Positions 18,427 through 28,193 of a stretch of DNA of 64,000 nt are shown here, piece by piece. Every line of letters starts with the position of its first letter. The first letter of the stretch is position 1. Under the pieces are notes generated by a model, which searched no databases, was not told where the DNA came from, and saw only the letters and a list, made by a program, of their open reading frames with translations. This DNA is from a virus. Both the position numbers and the translations under genes were made by a program. The DNA lies in the IMG/VR virus record IMGVR_UViG_3300032223_001001, positions 1 through 64,000 of that record; one strand, given 5' to 3'.

Positions 18427-21400
18427 TAATCTTCAATTTTTTCAAAATCTAACCATACTTGACCAAAACGATCAAAAGCAGTTTTACCTCGTTTTAACCC
18501 AAAATAAAAATAAAACGGAGCACCTGTTAATATGGTGTTTAAATCTGGGTTATTCTTATTCCACGATAAAACATTTGGATTATATTCACCCGAACTACCT
18601 ATAGAATAAATATACCCCTTGAAGTCTTTTGTAACACTTGATTGATTTGTTCTAAAATATCGTGAATCCGATTTTAAACGATCCAATTGTTGATACTTAT
18701 AACTGAAAAACACATTCCCATCGATTCCCTCAGTAAACCATTCATTTTCATCCTGACCAAAAATAACATTGTTACTACTACTTTTCATTTCCCATTGATA
18801 AAATGGCACTTCTTGTGTTTTAACTGGAATTGGTGAATAACATCGATCATCAACAATATTCCCAGTTTCAGAATATAAGTTACGTCTAGGTGTTATATAA
18901 TCCCTATTTTGAGTGATTGAACTAAAAAATACACCAATCACACTATCGTCATTTGGATTGCTATATATTGAAGATCCAACATATTCTTCTTCATCAAAAG
19001 GAACAATTCCAAACTCCGAATTAATCGCGTTCATTTGTGCGAAATCACCATCGATAAAATTATTGTCCCGACTAAAATATGTACTAATATTAGAACTAGA
19101 AATATTATTCAAAAAACCTGAACTAGTTATTCTATTTAATATAAATAAATTCAATAAATCTGAAGTATCACTAAAAGTAGTTGGTTCTAATTTATTTACA
19201 ATATACCCGTCAAACGTATCATCCATCGCAACTTCTTGCGTAAATACGTCCCTAGGACCCAAATCCATAATAGTTGTTGGATAGTTTAATAAATTTTTAT
19301 TACCGGCATAATTTTTAGAAATTGGTTGGCCAACAAATTTACCATCATCGGTATAAGGTGCCGAACGATAATAAAAATTATTAGTATTCGTATCCAAATA
19401 AATTAAATTAGTTGGGTATAAACTAGTAGGTTTATTATTACTATCAAACCTACGAACATTCGCAAAAGGAAACGCAAATAATGTACCATTCACCCAATTG
19501 TTAGAAAAAACGTGGGAAAACACATTTTGACAAGCGGCAAAATTTATCAACATTCTCGTCCTCCATTCATTTATCGACTGAAAATCCCTAACAATACTTA
19601 AAAATGGTATTGATACTAAAACATAACACCCCTTCTCCATAACTGGTTTATTCATCACAGTTTTACATTCCAAACGATCCTTACCTTCTTTAAGCCTAAA
19701 CAAATACGTACCTTTTGTTGGGTCATAAACGGATTCATAACAGCTTAATGGTAATAACTCCCCACATTGTAAGGTTTTTAACACACCAGGTAATTCACCA
19801 TCACCATTAGTTCCAACACCCGAAGACACTGTAGCCTCGGTAGACCCACCAGTATCATCCAAAATAAATACCTCAAACCCAACATTCGCATGTAAAGGTC
19901 GGTAACTATTGTAACTCGAATTTGGTTGATAATCAAAAGTGGATAATGGTAAACGATCTGAACGCATAACAATATAATTATCATTAACACTAGTTGTTTT
20001 ATTTATCGTAAAGGTATTCGTGATTTTTGGACAGGTATAATCTGTTTTTACACAAGTAGTACCAGCGCCTTTGCTAGTACATCCACCATTTCGTTGGATA
20101 AGCACCCTACTCATTCGTAAATAAGAACCACCCTCAATATGTTCACCAGTATAATAACATGCCTTATTAGGTATCGTATTTGGATAAGTTTCTGAAGGTT
20201 GATACCCTTCACTATAACTACCACCAGAACCATATCCATTAATCCATCGGGTAACATATTCGTTCCCACTATGATTTCTAGGAATATTTGTATTTTGAAA
20301 ACTAACACTATTCGTTGATGCATAATCCGACTCAACTTTACACCCATTACCATCACTTCCACCATTTATTCCAGTGTTAACATCTAAACCTGAATAATAC
20401 TGGGTTAACGTAGTTGTAAAACCACTCATTTGGTTTCCAGGTAAAAAATTATAAGATTTATAATATAATCGTGAATTAGAATACGAATCAATAGTTTGAT
20501 TGTCACCAGTATGTTTAACATTTAATGATGTACCTTGAATTGGAATATTTAATTTGTACTGACCACTAACTTTAACATTCCCAAAGGTATTATACCCAAA
20601 TAATTTACTTAAATCATATTCACACGTTGTTCGACTTGAGTGGGGATCAACACCTCTAACTAAAAACACCACAAATTGTTTGTTATAATCATTATATTGT
20701 TTTAATGGATTATAATCTTTATAACGCATTGTATCACAATCTAATCTAGACCCATCTGGTAATTTAAATTTAGGGTCAATACGACTAACCTTTAAGGTGT
20801 ACATATTATTATCCAAATAACGGGATTTTAATGAATTTTGTAACGAAGAACCACACTTTAATTCAAAATCACCATAAGTCATTCCGGTAACAACTTGAAA
20901 ATATTCAACATCCAACGGAAACTTTTGATATAACACATCTTCAGTTTTACCAGTTAAATTATACGTAGTAATATTATTCCCAGTACCATCTGGTTTTGCC
21001 CATGTAACATCAACTGGTGTTGGTGTGGCACTAAATAAAATTGAACTTCCCGTTATTGAATTAGTTCCATAATCATTTTGAGTGTTCCCAGTTAAATTTA
21101 TATCCGTCGATTTTTTACTATCTTGGAACGTTACTAAACTACCATTGGTGAAATTATTAGCGACTTCTGGAGTTATAAATAACGCAATAACATTGTCTAA
21201 ATGGTATGTTGATGGGTCAGGATTTAATGTTGTGTCAAACCTAACTTTAATTTGGTTCACTCCACGACCACCTTCAGCCCCAGCGTTAAACCCACTGTTC
21301 GGTACTGTATTATCATAATATTTCGCCTTAACATTAAATAAATTAATACGTTCAGGTAAAGGTAAATCAGTTGAAAAAGTACCCCAATAAATTGTTTTTG

Positions 21401-23645
21401 GTGTAGCATCTTCATCTTTTGGATCAACCATAATCTGCATAAATTCATTTAATTGTGTCGTACCACCACCACATTCATACGTTTTGGTTGAAAAAGGTTT
21501 TGGACCCCCATTTACTGTTGTACTAACACCAGTACCAATATCACCCGAACTAGGAATTGGTTGACCACCAAAAATACCACCCAAAGCAGCGCCTCCAGAC
21601 GCTTCTTGAGTTGTTGCCGAATAATTCATCGCAACATACAATGGTGTTAATAAAGCAGTACCATTATTATTAGTAGGAACTGAATTCGTTGACCCACCAC
21701 TATTTGACGTGGTGTTTTGACTTGATTCTAACGACCCCAAATCTTGAGACCCTAATGGTTTACATTCACAAAAATCACAATCAGGAAACGTATAGTTAGG
21801 TAGTTTGAAATTCCTGAAATATTTCTTGACTTTATTAATCAAGAAAAATAAACCAACCATTAACAAACTATATGATAAATATTGTCCAGATTTTAACCCA
21901 AAAGATATCGCTAATGGAACGTTGGGTGGTGTGGATATTAATGACGAACCCGAAGAAATACCCTCTTGTACTGACAAATAAAGAAATAACCCACTTAATA
22001 ACAAAACCCATGGACCTAATATTACCGTGACAAGAAACGATAACACGTGTAATAAAGTTACAACATTGAAAATCACCGGATACATCAAAAACATTAATAT
22101 CCTAAATAACGTAAAAATAATGTTATTATTAAACTGCCCGTCATTGGAAGGGAACTTATTATTCTCCCCTTCACAATCGGTATTCAATATATCTTTAATG
22201 GCAATATACCTACGATTATTGGAACTAACCCTAAATTGACTAATTAATTCAGACACCGTATATACCTTATTATACGTGAAATCATAAAACTTGTCTTCAC
22301 AATTTATTGCCGATTCAATATGTTTCACCCCCGTAGTATAATACGTATCAAACACACTAGTACCAGTATAGCCATAGTCATTCCAATCCAATGAAAACGC
22401 ATAGGATGTTTTGAAATCCAATAACGCAGCACCACTAGTTGGTTTGTTAGGACTACTAGATAACCCCCAACCATATTCACGAATATTTGGAACCAAAAAA
22501 TAACCACGTTTAACCGAACCCTCCAATGTTGGAGCTTGATTCCATTTAATCTTAAATCGGTATTTAGCCCTGGTGGGAACACCAACTTGTGGATTAGTTG
22601 AAATCGTCCTATTACCAAATTCATCGGTTGTCACATAATCCAAATTCATTGGAAGATCCAATAACCATGTACCATTTTCATCAATAACCTGACCACCATT
22701 CGCTAACTCAAAAGCCTCCAATATTGGTCTACCCAAGTTATCAGTATTTATGGTTTGTCTAATTGATTTAATTTCACCAGGACCAGCAATCAACCCACAT
22801 AACTCGCCCAGTTTTTTACGTACCTTCCCAGTACGTTTAACCAATTGATCATCCGGTGAACTGAATATCGAACCCATGAAAATAGATGTAGGTTTAATAT
22901 CAATACCAGCCTCTTTTGATAAATCAAAATCCGTCCTGGTAATACCCAACGAACATATATCTGGTTGACCCCAAAATGGCTCAACTTCAATGTTTCTATT
23001 AAAAGTTACTAATTGAGGTAACGAATCCAAATTCGTAGATGACTTGAATTTACTGTTATTCACTTGATCCTCGGTCGTTAAACCCATACGAATTAAATCT
23101 TGAGGCGTTAACGAAAATTCACCAATATCCGATAAATCAAGATCAATAAATAAGGTTTGTTGACCAACAGGAACTCCAAACAACATAAAGTCACCACTAT
23201 CATTGGTGGTTGTCGTATATTTATAATACTTGTCAAAAACCTCAATTAAATAAGGTTCCAACAAAATATCACTTTTCTCAAAAAATGTTCCAGTTGGTGT
23301 ATGATTGGTATGTTGTTGTGTATATGGTAATAGATTATATCTATACCCTTCATCATTAACATCCGATAACGTCTTATAAGGATATAATTCGGAAATAATT
23401 GGGTTTAACGCATCTTCTTCCGTCAATGGAATAAATATGGATACTTTAGTATTTGGTATACCAAAACCATTGTTAACACTAACCCTACCAACAACAACCC
23501 CATAATCGGAACATTGTCTGGTGTATACTTCACTCTGTAATAATTTTAAGGATAAAATTTCAAGATAATCAAAATCTTGTTCTATATTTACTTTAATTGA
23601 TGTATCTTTACCTACTGTGGTTCTAATTCTATACGAATTTGACAT
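18426..23645 (-). CDS. Large baseplate-associated protein with an internal hydrophobic segment
   Basis: 1739 aa; carboxypeptidase-regulatory-like N-terminus (GVVVGRVSVNNGFGIPNTKVSIF; TTTNDSGDFMLFGVPVG); hydrophobic stretch at about aa 507-605. Confidence 0.6.
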   Translation of the reverse strand: MSNSYRIRTTVGKDTSIKVNIEQDFDYLEILSLKLLQSEVYTRQCSDYGVVVGRVSVNNGFGIPNTKVSIFIPLTEEDALNPIISELYPYKTLSDVNDEGYRYNLLPYTQQHTNHTPTGTFFEKSDILLEPYLIEVFDKYYKYTTTTNDSGDFMLFGVPVGQQTLFIDLDLSDIGEFSLTPQDLIRMGLTTEDQVNNSKFKSSTNLDSLPQLVTFNRNIEVEPFWGQPDICSLGITRTDFDLSKEAGIDIKPTSIFMGSIFSSPDDQLVKRTGKVRKKLGELCGLIAGPGEIKSIRQTINTDNLGRPILEAFELANGGQVIDENGTWLLDLPMNLDYVTTDEFGNRTISTNPQVGVPTRAKYRFKIKWNQAPTLEGSVKRGYFLVPNIREYGWGLSSSPNKPTSGAALLDFKTSYAFSLDWNDYGYTGTSVFDTYYTTGVKHIESAINCEDKFYDFTYNKVYTVSELISQFRVSSNNRRYIAIKDILNTDCEGENNKFPSNDGQFNNNIIFTLFRILMFLMYPVIFNVVTLLHVLSFLVTVILGPWVLLLSGLFLYLSVQEGISSGSSLISTPPNVPLAISFGLKSGQYLSYSLLMVGLFFLINKVKKYFRNFKLPNYTFPDCDFCECKPLGSQDLGSLESSQNTTSNSGGSTNSVPTNNNGTALLTPLYVAMNYSATTQEASGGAALGGIFGGQPIPSSGDIGTGVSTTVNGGPKPFSTKTYECGGGTTQLNEFMQIMVDPKDEDATPKTIYWGTFSTDLPLPERINLFNVKAKYYDNTVPNSGFNAGAEGGRGVNQIKVRFDTTLNPDPSTYHLDNVIALFITPEVANNFTNGSLVTFQDSKKSTDINLTGNTQNDYGTNSITGSSILFSATPTPVDVTWAKPDGTGNNITTYNLTGKTEDVLYQKFPLDVEYFQVVTGMTYGDFELKCGSSLQNSLKSRYLDNNMYTLKVSRIDPKFKLPDGSRLDCDTMRYKDYNPLKQYNDYNKQFVVFLVRGVDPHSSRTTCEYDLSKLFGYNTFGNVKVSGQYKLNIPIQGTSLNVKHTGDNQTIDSYSNSRLYYKSYNFLPGNQMSGFTTTLTQYYSGLDVNTGINGGSDGNGCKVESDYASTNSVSFQNTNIPRNHSGNEYVTRWINGYGSGGSYSEGYQPSETYPNTIPNKACYYTGEHIEGGSYLRMSRVLIQRNGGCTSKGAGTTCVKTDYTCPKITNTFTINKTTSVNDNYIVMRSDRLPLSTFDYQPNSSYNSYRPLHANVGFEVFILDDTGGSTEATVSSGVGTNGDGELPGVLKTLQCGELLPLSCYESVYDPTKGTYLFRLKEGKDRLECKTVMNKPVMEKGCYVLVSIPFLSIVRDFQSINEWRTRMLINFAACQNVFSHVFSNNWVNGTLFAFPFANVRRFDSNNKPTSLYPTNLIYLDTNTNNFYYRSAPYTDDGKFVGQPISKNYAGNKNLLNYPTTIMDLGPRDVFTQEVAMDDTFDGYIVNKLEPTTFSDTSDLLNLFILNRITSSGFLNNISSSNISTYFSRDNNFIDGDFAQMNAINSEFGIVPFDEEEYVGSSIYSNPNDDSVIGVFFSSITQNRDYITPRRNLYSETGNIVDDRCYSPIPVKTQEVPFYQWEMKSSSNNVIFGQDENEWFTEGIDGNVFFSYKYQQLDRLKSDSRYFRTNQSSVTKDFKGYIYSIGSSGEYNPNVLSWNKNNPDLNTILTGAPFYFYFGLKRGKTAFDRFGQVWLDFEKIED

Positions 23646-23716
23646 AATTTACCTTTTTTAATAAATAGCAATCTTGCTATTTTTAATAGTAAGGCATATT
23701 TCACCAAAATAAATTA

Positions 23717-25555
23717 TCAATTAAAACTAACCGTAGATAAATTCTTAACTCGAATATTAATATCCTTATTCGGAAACTTTATCTGGTATATCTGGGTTGG
23801 TTCCGCAAAAATTGTATCATCAATTAACTCAATTTCTTTAGTTTCATTGTCAACATATCGTTGCGAAGTTTGAGAAGAAGAATATTGTCCCCCAACCTTA
23901 TTAAACACCTTAATATCGGATATACTAATAACCCCATTTTGAGTTTGAATATCCCTCCTTAAGTCCGAAATAAATACATTTTGTCCCATCTGACGATTTG
24001 TAGAATCAAAATACGTTGATATTAAACCAATGATTTGGGATATAACAATTCCCTGGTTTTGACTATTATCCAACACAACATCAACATTAAGACCCAAATT
24101 AATAACATTTGCCGATTCAACAGATATATAATCATTCATCATACGATAATTCGATAAATAATTGCTAATATTGTTCATCAATGTATTGGATATGGATTCC
24201 GTTAAATTCCCGGATTCATCATATGACAATAACTTAATCTTAATTTTATTATTTTCTTCCGTTATCGAAACCTTCGCCGGAGCCCCAAATTGGGATGGCA
24301 TTGTTCTTAATATCGAATCATAATCATTGATTGTAACCGCTCTATTTTGTGCGGAAAAATTAAATCCAACCAAATTCCTAACCTCCTCCATTGTAGGAGC
24401 ACCAGCACCGCCAATGGCCGCCGTTACGTTATTACAACTCAATGAATTTATAACCGTATTGTTAATATTCTCCGATGGCCCATTCACAAAAAAGGATACA
24501 GTACCCACTTGCGTTATCACATTAACACCAACATTACTAGGTGTTCCACCACCAACTCTATATTGAATAAACAACGTGGAATTAGGTTTCAACACACTAC
24601 CCAAGGCAAAATTATTGGAATATTTATTCAAGTCCAACTTAAACCCATTACGAGCAAACTCCCTTAATTGTTCATCGGCAGATTGACTACCACCACCAAA
24701 AGTCATCTTCATAAAACCTTGTGGGGTAAATTCAGTAATAAACTTATCATTAGTAGAAATATATTTACCAACCTTAATACCAGGTTTATCCGATACTTTA
24801 GTAGGATCTTCAACAAACACTCTATCCTCCGCCAACGCTTTTACTTCGTACCAACGATTGTCAGCACCCAAAAACTCCTGTGCCGAAGGTACATTACTAT
24901 ATTGTGTACCATCCTTCAACAATACACTAGTGATACCCAAAACATTTTGTTCAGGCAAAAACATTTCAAAAAATGGGCGAACATCCGATGGATTAATAAC
25001 CCGTTTAAACACCTTCGTCGAACCATTAACCACCGTTTCCCTCTTGGTAATAGTATAATTAATCAATGTACCATTAACGTCAAAATTGGGAACTTTTAAC
25101 CTATTTGGAAACCCTTCCGCGTTTAATGGTGATGAAAAATCAATATCATTAACATTCTCAAAAACTTGTCCAGCACCCAATACTTGTGATCCACGTCGCA
25201 ATATACCACAATACCTTAAGTCCTCCTTATCCCCAAACGCGGGAACGGTAATAGAAAAATCAACCAACGCAACAGATGGTCTCTGCCCCGGAATCTTAAG
25301 ACCATAAGTCCTAGCAATATTATAAATGGATGATGGTTGTTGTGCATATTGTAACACCGTTTCCTGAATACTACGATCAATATTAAATTGTAAATTATCC
25401 GCAACGGCTGCATTTAAATCCAATAAAACCGAAAATATGGACGCATCATTGAAGTTATCCAATAATTCAGGATAATACGTCCTAGTGAAATTTATTAATT
25501 CAGCTCTAATAGATTGAAAATCCCTGGTTGTATATGATATCTTCTTGTTTGCCAT
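23717..25555 (-). CDS. Baseplate wedge protein (T4 gp6 / baseplate J-like)
   Basis: RDFQSIRAELI...NFNDASI; QNRAVTINDY; follows gp25. Confidence 0.85.
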   Translation of the reverse strand: MANKKISYTTRDFQSIRAELINFTRTYYPELLDNFNDASIFSVLLDLNAAVADNLQFNIDRSIQETVLQYAQQPSSIYNIARTYGLKIPGQRPSVALVDFSITVPAFGDKEDLRYCGILRRGSQVLGAGQVFENVNDIDFSSPLNAEGFPNRLKVPNFDVNGTLINYTITKRETVVNGSTKVFKRVINPSDVRPFFEMFLPEQNVLGITSVLLKDGTQYSNVPSAQEFLGADNRWYEVKALAEDRVFVEDPTKVSDKPGIKVGKYISTNDKFITEFTPQGFMKMTFGGGSQSADEQLREFARNGFKLDLNKYSNNFALGSVLKPNSTLFIQYRVGGGTPSNVGVNVITQVGTVSFFVNGPSENINNTVINSLSCNNVTAAIGGAGAPTMEEVRNLVGFNFSAQNRAVTINDYDSILRTMPSQFGAPAKVSITEENNKIKIKLLSYDESGNLTESISNTLMNNISNYLSNYRMMNDYISVESANVINLGLNVDVVLDNSQNQGIVISQIIGLISTYFDSTNRQMGQNVFISDLRRDIQTQNGVISISDIKVFNKVGGQYSSSQTSQRYVDNETKEIELIDDTIFAEPTQIYQIKFPNKDINIRVKNLSTVSFN

Positions 25556-25560
25556 TATAA

Positions 25561-26019
25561 TTAAATATTTAATATGATAAAATCACTCGCGTTAAACGCC
25601 CCTTCATTAATAGTATAGTCAATACGAACCCTCGCAACATGTTCAAGTTCCCCCAAACCAGAAACATTAACCTCACGGTCTTGTTCACCATTAACATAAT
25701 TCCCATCAACATCCTCAGATGCCGGTTTAATAGATATGTTCGTTATAGTTATCCCCGGAATATACTCCCCAACAGAATCCCGAATTTCAGACTCAATATC
25801 CGAAAAGGTGGGACCATCCATAGGTTCAAACAAATATTCATATAACCTCGTACCAAAATCGGGTAAATAATACCTACTCCCCTTCCTGGTCAAAATTAAA
25901 TGAATTAAATTGGATCTTATTTCCTCGTTGTTATCCAACGATAAATCCAAATATTTCCCATCAACAGAATCCCGAAACGGAAAATTTATTCCAATAGTAT
26001 AACCATACGCCATAACCAT
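25561..26019 (-). CDS. Baseplate gp25-like sheath initiator
   Basis: IRSNLIHLILTRKGSRYYLPDFGTRLYEYLFEP. Confidence 0.85.
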   Translation of the reverse strand: MVMAYGYTIGINFPFRDSVDGKYLDLSLDNNEEIRSNLIHLILTRKGSRYYLPDFGTRLYEYLFEPMDGPTFSDIESEIRDSVGEYIPGITITNISIKPASEDVDGNYVNGEQDREVNVSGLGELEHVARVRIDYTINEGAFNASDFIILNI

Positions 26020-26104
26020 AAATATATAATTATAACGTTTTTTATAAAGATTAAAAAGTCAAGTCAAGTTTTTTGAACAATAAACTTGTCATACCAACAT
26101 AAAT

Positions 26105-26135
26105 AAAAAAACCCACCTTGTTTAGGGGTGGGTTA
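26105..26135 (-). terminator. Intrinsic terminator after nrdA
   Basis: AACCCACC/GGTGGGTT stem followed by a U-tract on the minus strand. Confidence 0.75.
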
Positions 26136-26154
26136 ATTAGTTATTTATTTCATT

Positions 26155-27852
26155 TTAAGATGAACATCCAAAACACTCAAACGGAGAATCCGATGGTTTG
26201 GAAGGTGTTATATTAACCGTTGGAGTTTCAGTCTTTTTAACTGGTTGTTTGGTTTTTGAAATATCAATTGCCAAGTGTTTAGCCCCAGTTGAAATAGCTT
26301 TAGTCCTAACATAATAACATAAAGTCTTTAACCCCTTTTCCCAAGCATGGAAGTGTGATGATGTTATTTTAGATAATGTTGGATTACCCATATAGATATT
26401 CATCGATTGTGATTGGTCAATAAATGGTGCACGATCCGCTGCCATATTAATTAAATCACGTTGAGAAATTTCCCATATGGTTTTATACTTCTGGATTAAA
26501 TGTTCAATACGTTTAACCTTTTTAGTATAATTCTTATCTTCAGTATCCAAATAGTTATTGAAATTCACATTTTGAATCGATCCTTCATTTAAGATAATTT
26601 CATTCTTCAAGTCTTCACTCCAAATTCCCAATTTCTCAAAATCGTTAATTAAATACTTGTTAACAATTAAAATTTCACCACCAACAACACGTCTGTTAAA
26701 TAACGCAGAGTGTGCTGGCTCGGTCATTTCAAAAGAACCAGTAATTTTTGCCGAACTATTGTGACTAACACAACCATTTTCAGTGATATAATGATGCACT
26801 TCATCAACCTCAATATCCCACACTGGTTGAACCCCTTGAACGATAACTAATACCACCTTCATTATTCTTTTTTCAAGATTAACAATTCTATCTGAAACTT
26901 CAATATCTTTAACTTTAATCCAGATTTGTTGACCTTCGCGTTCAACTAAAAATTTATGTTCCGAACTACACTTAAAGATTACCCCATCTTCCATTTCAAT
27001 GTTGTATATTTCAGTATGACCATTGTAATAGATTTTGTTTGATAAATGATACCCATCCATTGTTTTAACTCTTAATGGTTTTTCAAAATTAAACCAAACA
27101 CCACCCGTTTTTTCAGATTCCACTTCATCAACATTGATATTATTCATTTCACAAATTTCTCTAAATGATAACACACCTTCTTCAGTGATAATTTTAGTAT
27201 CTGAAGTTTGACAAGCTACAGGCATCTGAGCGGTAAATAATGAATTACAAACACCATGTTGTTTCACTTCATTCTTTAGTTCACTCCAGTCCCACATACC
27301 AGTTAAATTATCTTCAGTTAAACCCCACATATCATACTGGAAGATACCTTCACTCATTGGACTTCCGTTGAAGAATTTATAAGGTTCATATTTACCATAT
27401 TTACACAAATCTTTACTTTCAGTGATCGCCGCGAAGTAGATTGTTTCAAAAATTTGTTTGTTCAATTTTTTAGCCTCTTCTGAAGTAAATACGTAGTCCA
27501 TAATATAAAACACATCCGCCAAACCTTGTACACCAATAGCAATTGCTCGTTGTTCAAGACCACCTTTTTTACCTTGATCTGTAGAATAACTATTAATATC
27601 AATAACCTTATTTAATGATCTAACAACTTTACGAACTTCATTATATAATAACGTAAAATCAAACTTCCCATCAATGATAAAATTCTTTAATACCAATGAC
27701 GATAACGTACATATAGCCGTTTCTGTCTCCGTTGTTGCTTGAAAAATTTCACAGTTGTGAACTAAAATGTTCGTCGCGTAAAAATTTTGAGTTTCCGGAA
27801 CTTGAATATCGTAAACGTCTTGTTTTTCTTCTAGTTTTTTAATCTTAATCAT
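26155..27852 (-). CDS. nrdA: Class Ia ribonucleotide reductase alpha, C-terminal half (split-intein IntC plus internal mini-intein)
   Basis: IntC ends ...VHN, then CEIFQ...AICTLSS, FIDQSQS, GLKTLCYY and C-terminal CFGC. Confidence 0.95.
   Translation of the reverse strand: MIKIKKLEEKQDVYDIQVPETQNFYATNILVHNCEIFQATTETETAICTLSSLVLKNFIIDGKFDFTLLYNEVRKVVRSLNKVIDINSYSTDQGKKGGLEQRAIAIGVQGLADVFYIMDYVFTSEEAKKLNKQIFETIYFAAITESKDLCKYGKYEPYKFFNGSPMSEGIFQYDMWGLTEDNLTGMWDWSELKNEVKQHGVCNSLFTAQMPVACQTSDTKIITEEGVLSFREICEMNNINVDEVESEKTGGVWFNFEKPLRVKTMDGYHLSNKIYYNGHTEIYNIEMEDGVIFKCSSEHKFLVEREGQQIWIKVKDIEVSDRIVNLEKRIMKVVLVIVQGVQPVWDIEVDEVHHYITENGCVSHNSSAKITGSFEMTEPAHSALFNRRVVGGEILIVNKYLINDFEKLGIWSEDLKNEIILNEGSIQNVNFNNYLDTEDKNYTKKVKRIEHLIQKYKTIWEISQRDLINMAADRAPFIDQSQSMNIYMGNPTLSKITSSHFHAWEKGLKTLCYYVRTKAISTGAKHLAIDISKTKQPVKKTETPTVNITPSKPSDSPFECFGCSS
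26758..27213 (-). mobile_element. Cis mini-intein (152 aa) in NrdA at MPVA|SS
   Basis: Starts CQTSDT; block B CSSEHKF; block F VWDIEV; ends SHN|S; no endonuclease. Confidence 0.9.
27754..27852 (-). mobile_element. Split intein C-fragment (33 aa) of NrdA
   Basis: MIKIKKLEEKQDVYDIQVPETQNFYATNILVHN|C. Confidence 0.92.
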
Positions 27853-27866
27853 ATTTTTTTTAGTTT

Positions 27867-28193
27867 TTAATCAATTATAACCATTTCATAATTAATATCC
27901 AATACATCATCTTCAACTAATTCATCTGCACGAACAAAACCTCTATTTTTAGTGAAAATTAAGTGATCTGGTGTACATTTAATCTTATATCCACTATCAA
28001 CATCTTCAACTTCCATTAATTCACTATTTTCACGAGTCATTTTACCAGTTAAGATATCAACAAATTTACCACCTTCACTTTTAACTTTTAATCGTTCACT
28101 ACAATTAATTAAGTCTATCACTTCGATCATGGTTAATGTTTCAACATTACCATTTTCACGTTGGACGATTAATTCAACGTCCCCAGTTAAACA
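27867..28193 (-). mobile_element. Split intein N-fragment (108 aa) of NrdA
   Basis: SNLC|CLTGD...KCTPDHLIFT..RGFVRADEL, then stop. Confidence 0.92.

Noticed and set aside
27853-27866. nrdA split as a homopolymer sequencing error
   Set aside because: A TAA precedes the A-run, so an indel there would not fuse the ORFs. The break falls at the usual intein split point and IntC starts MIKI.
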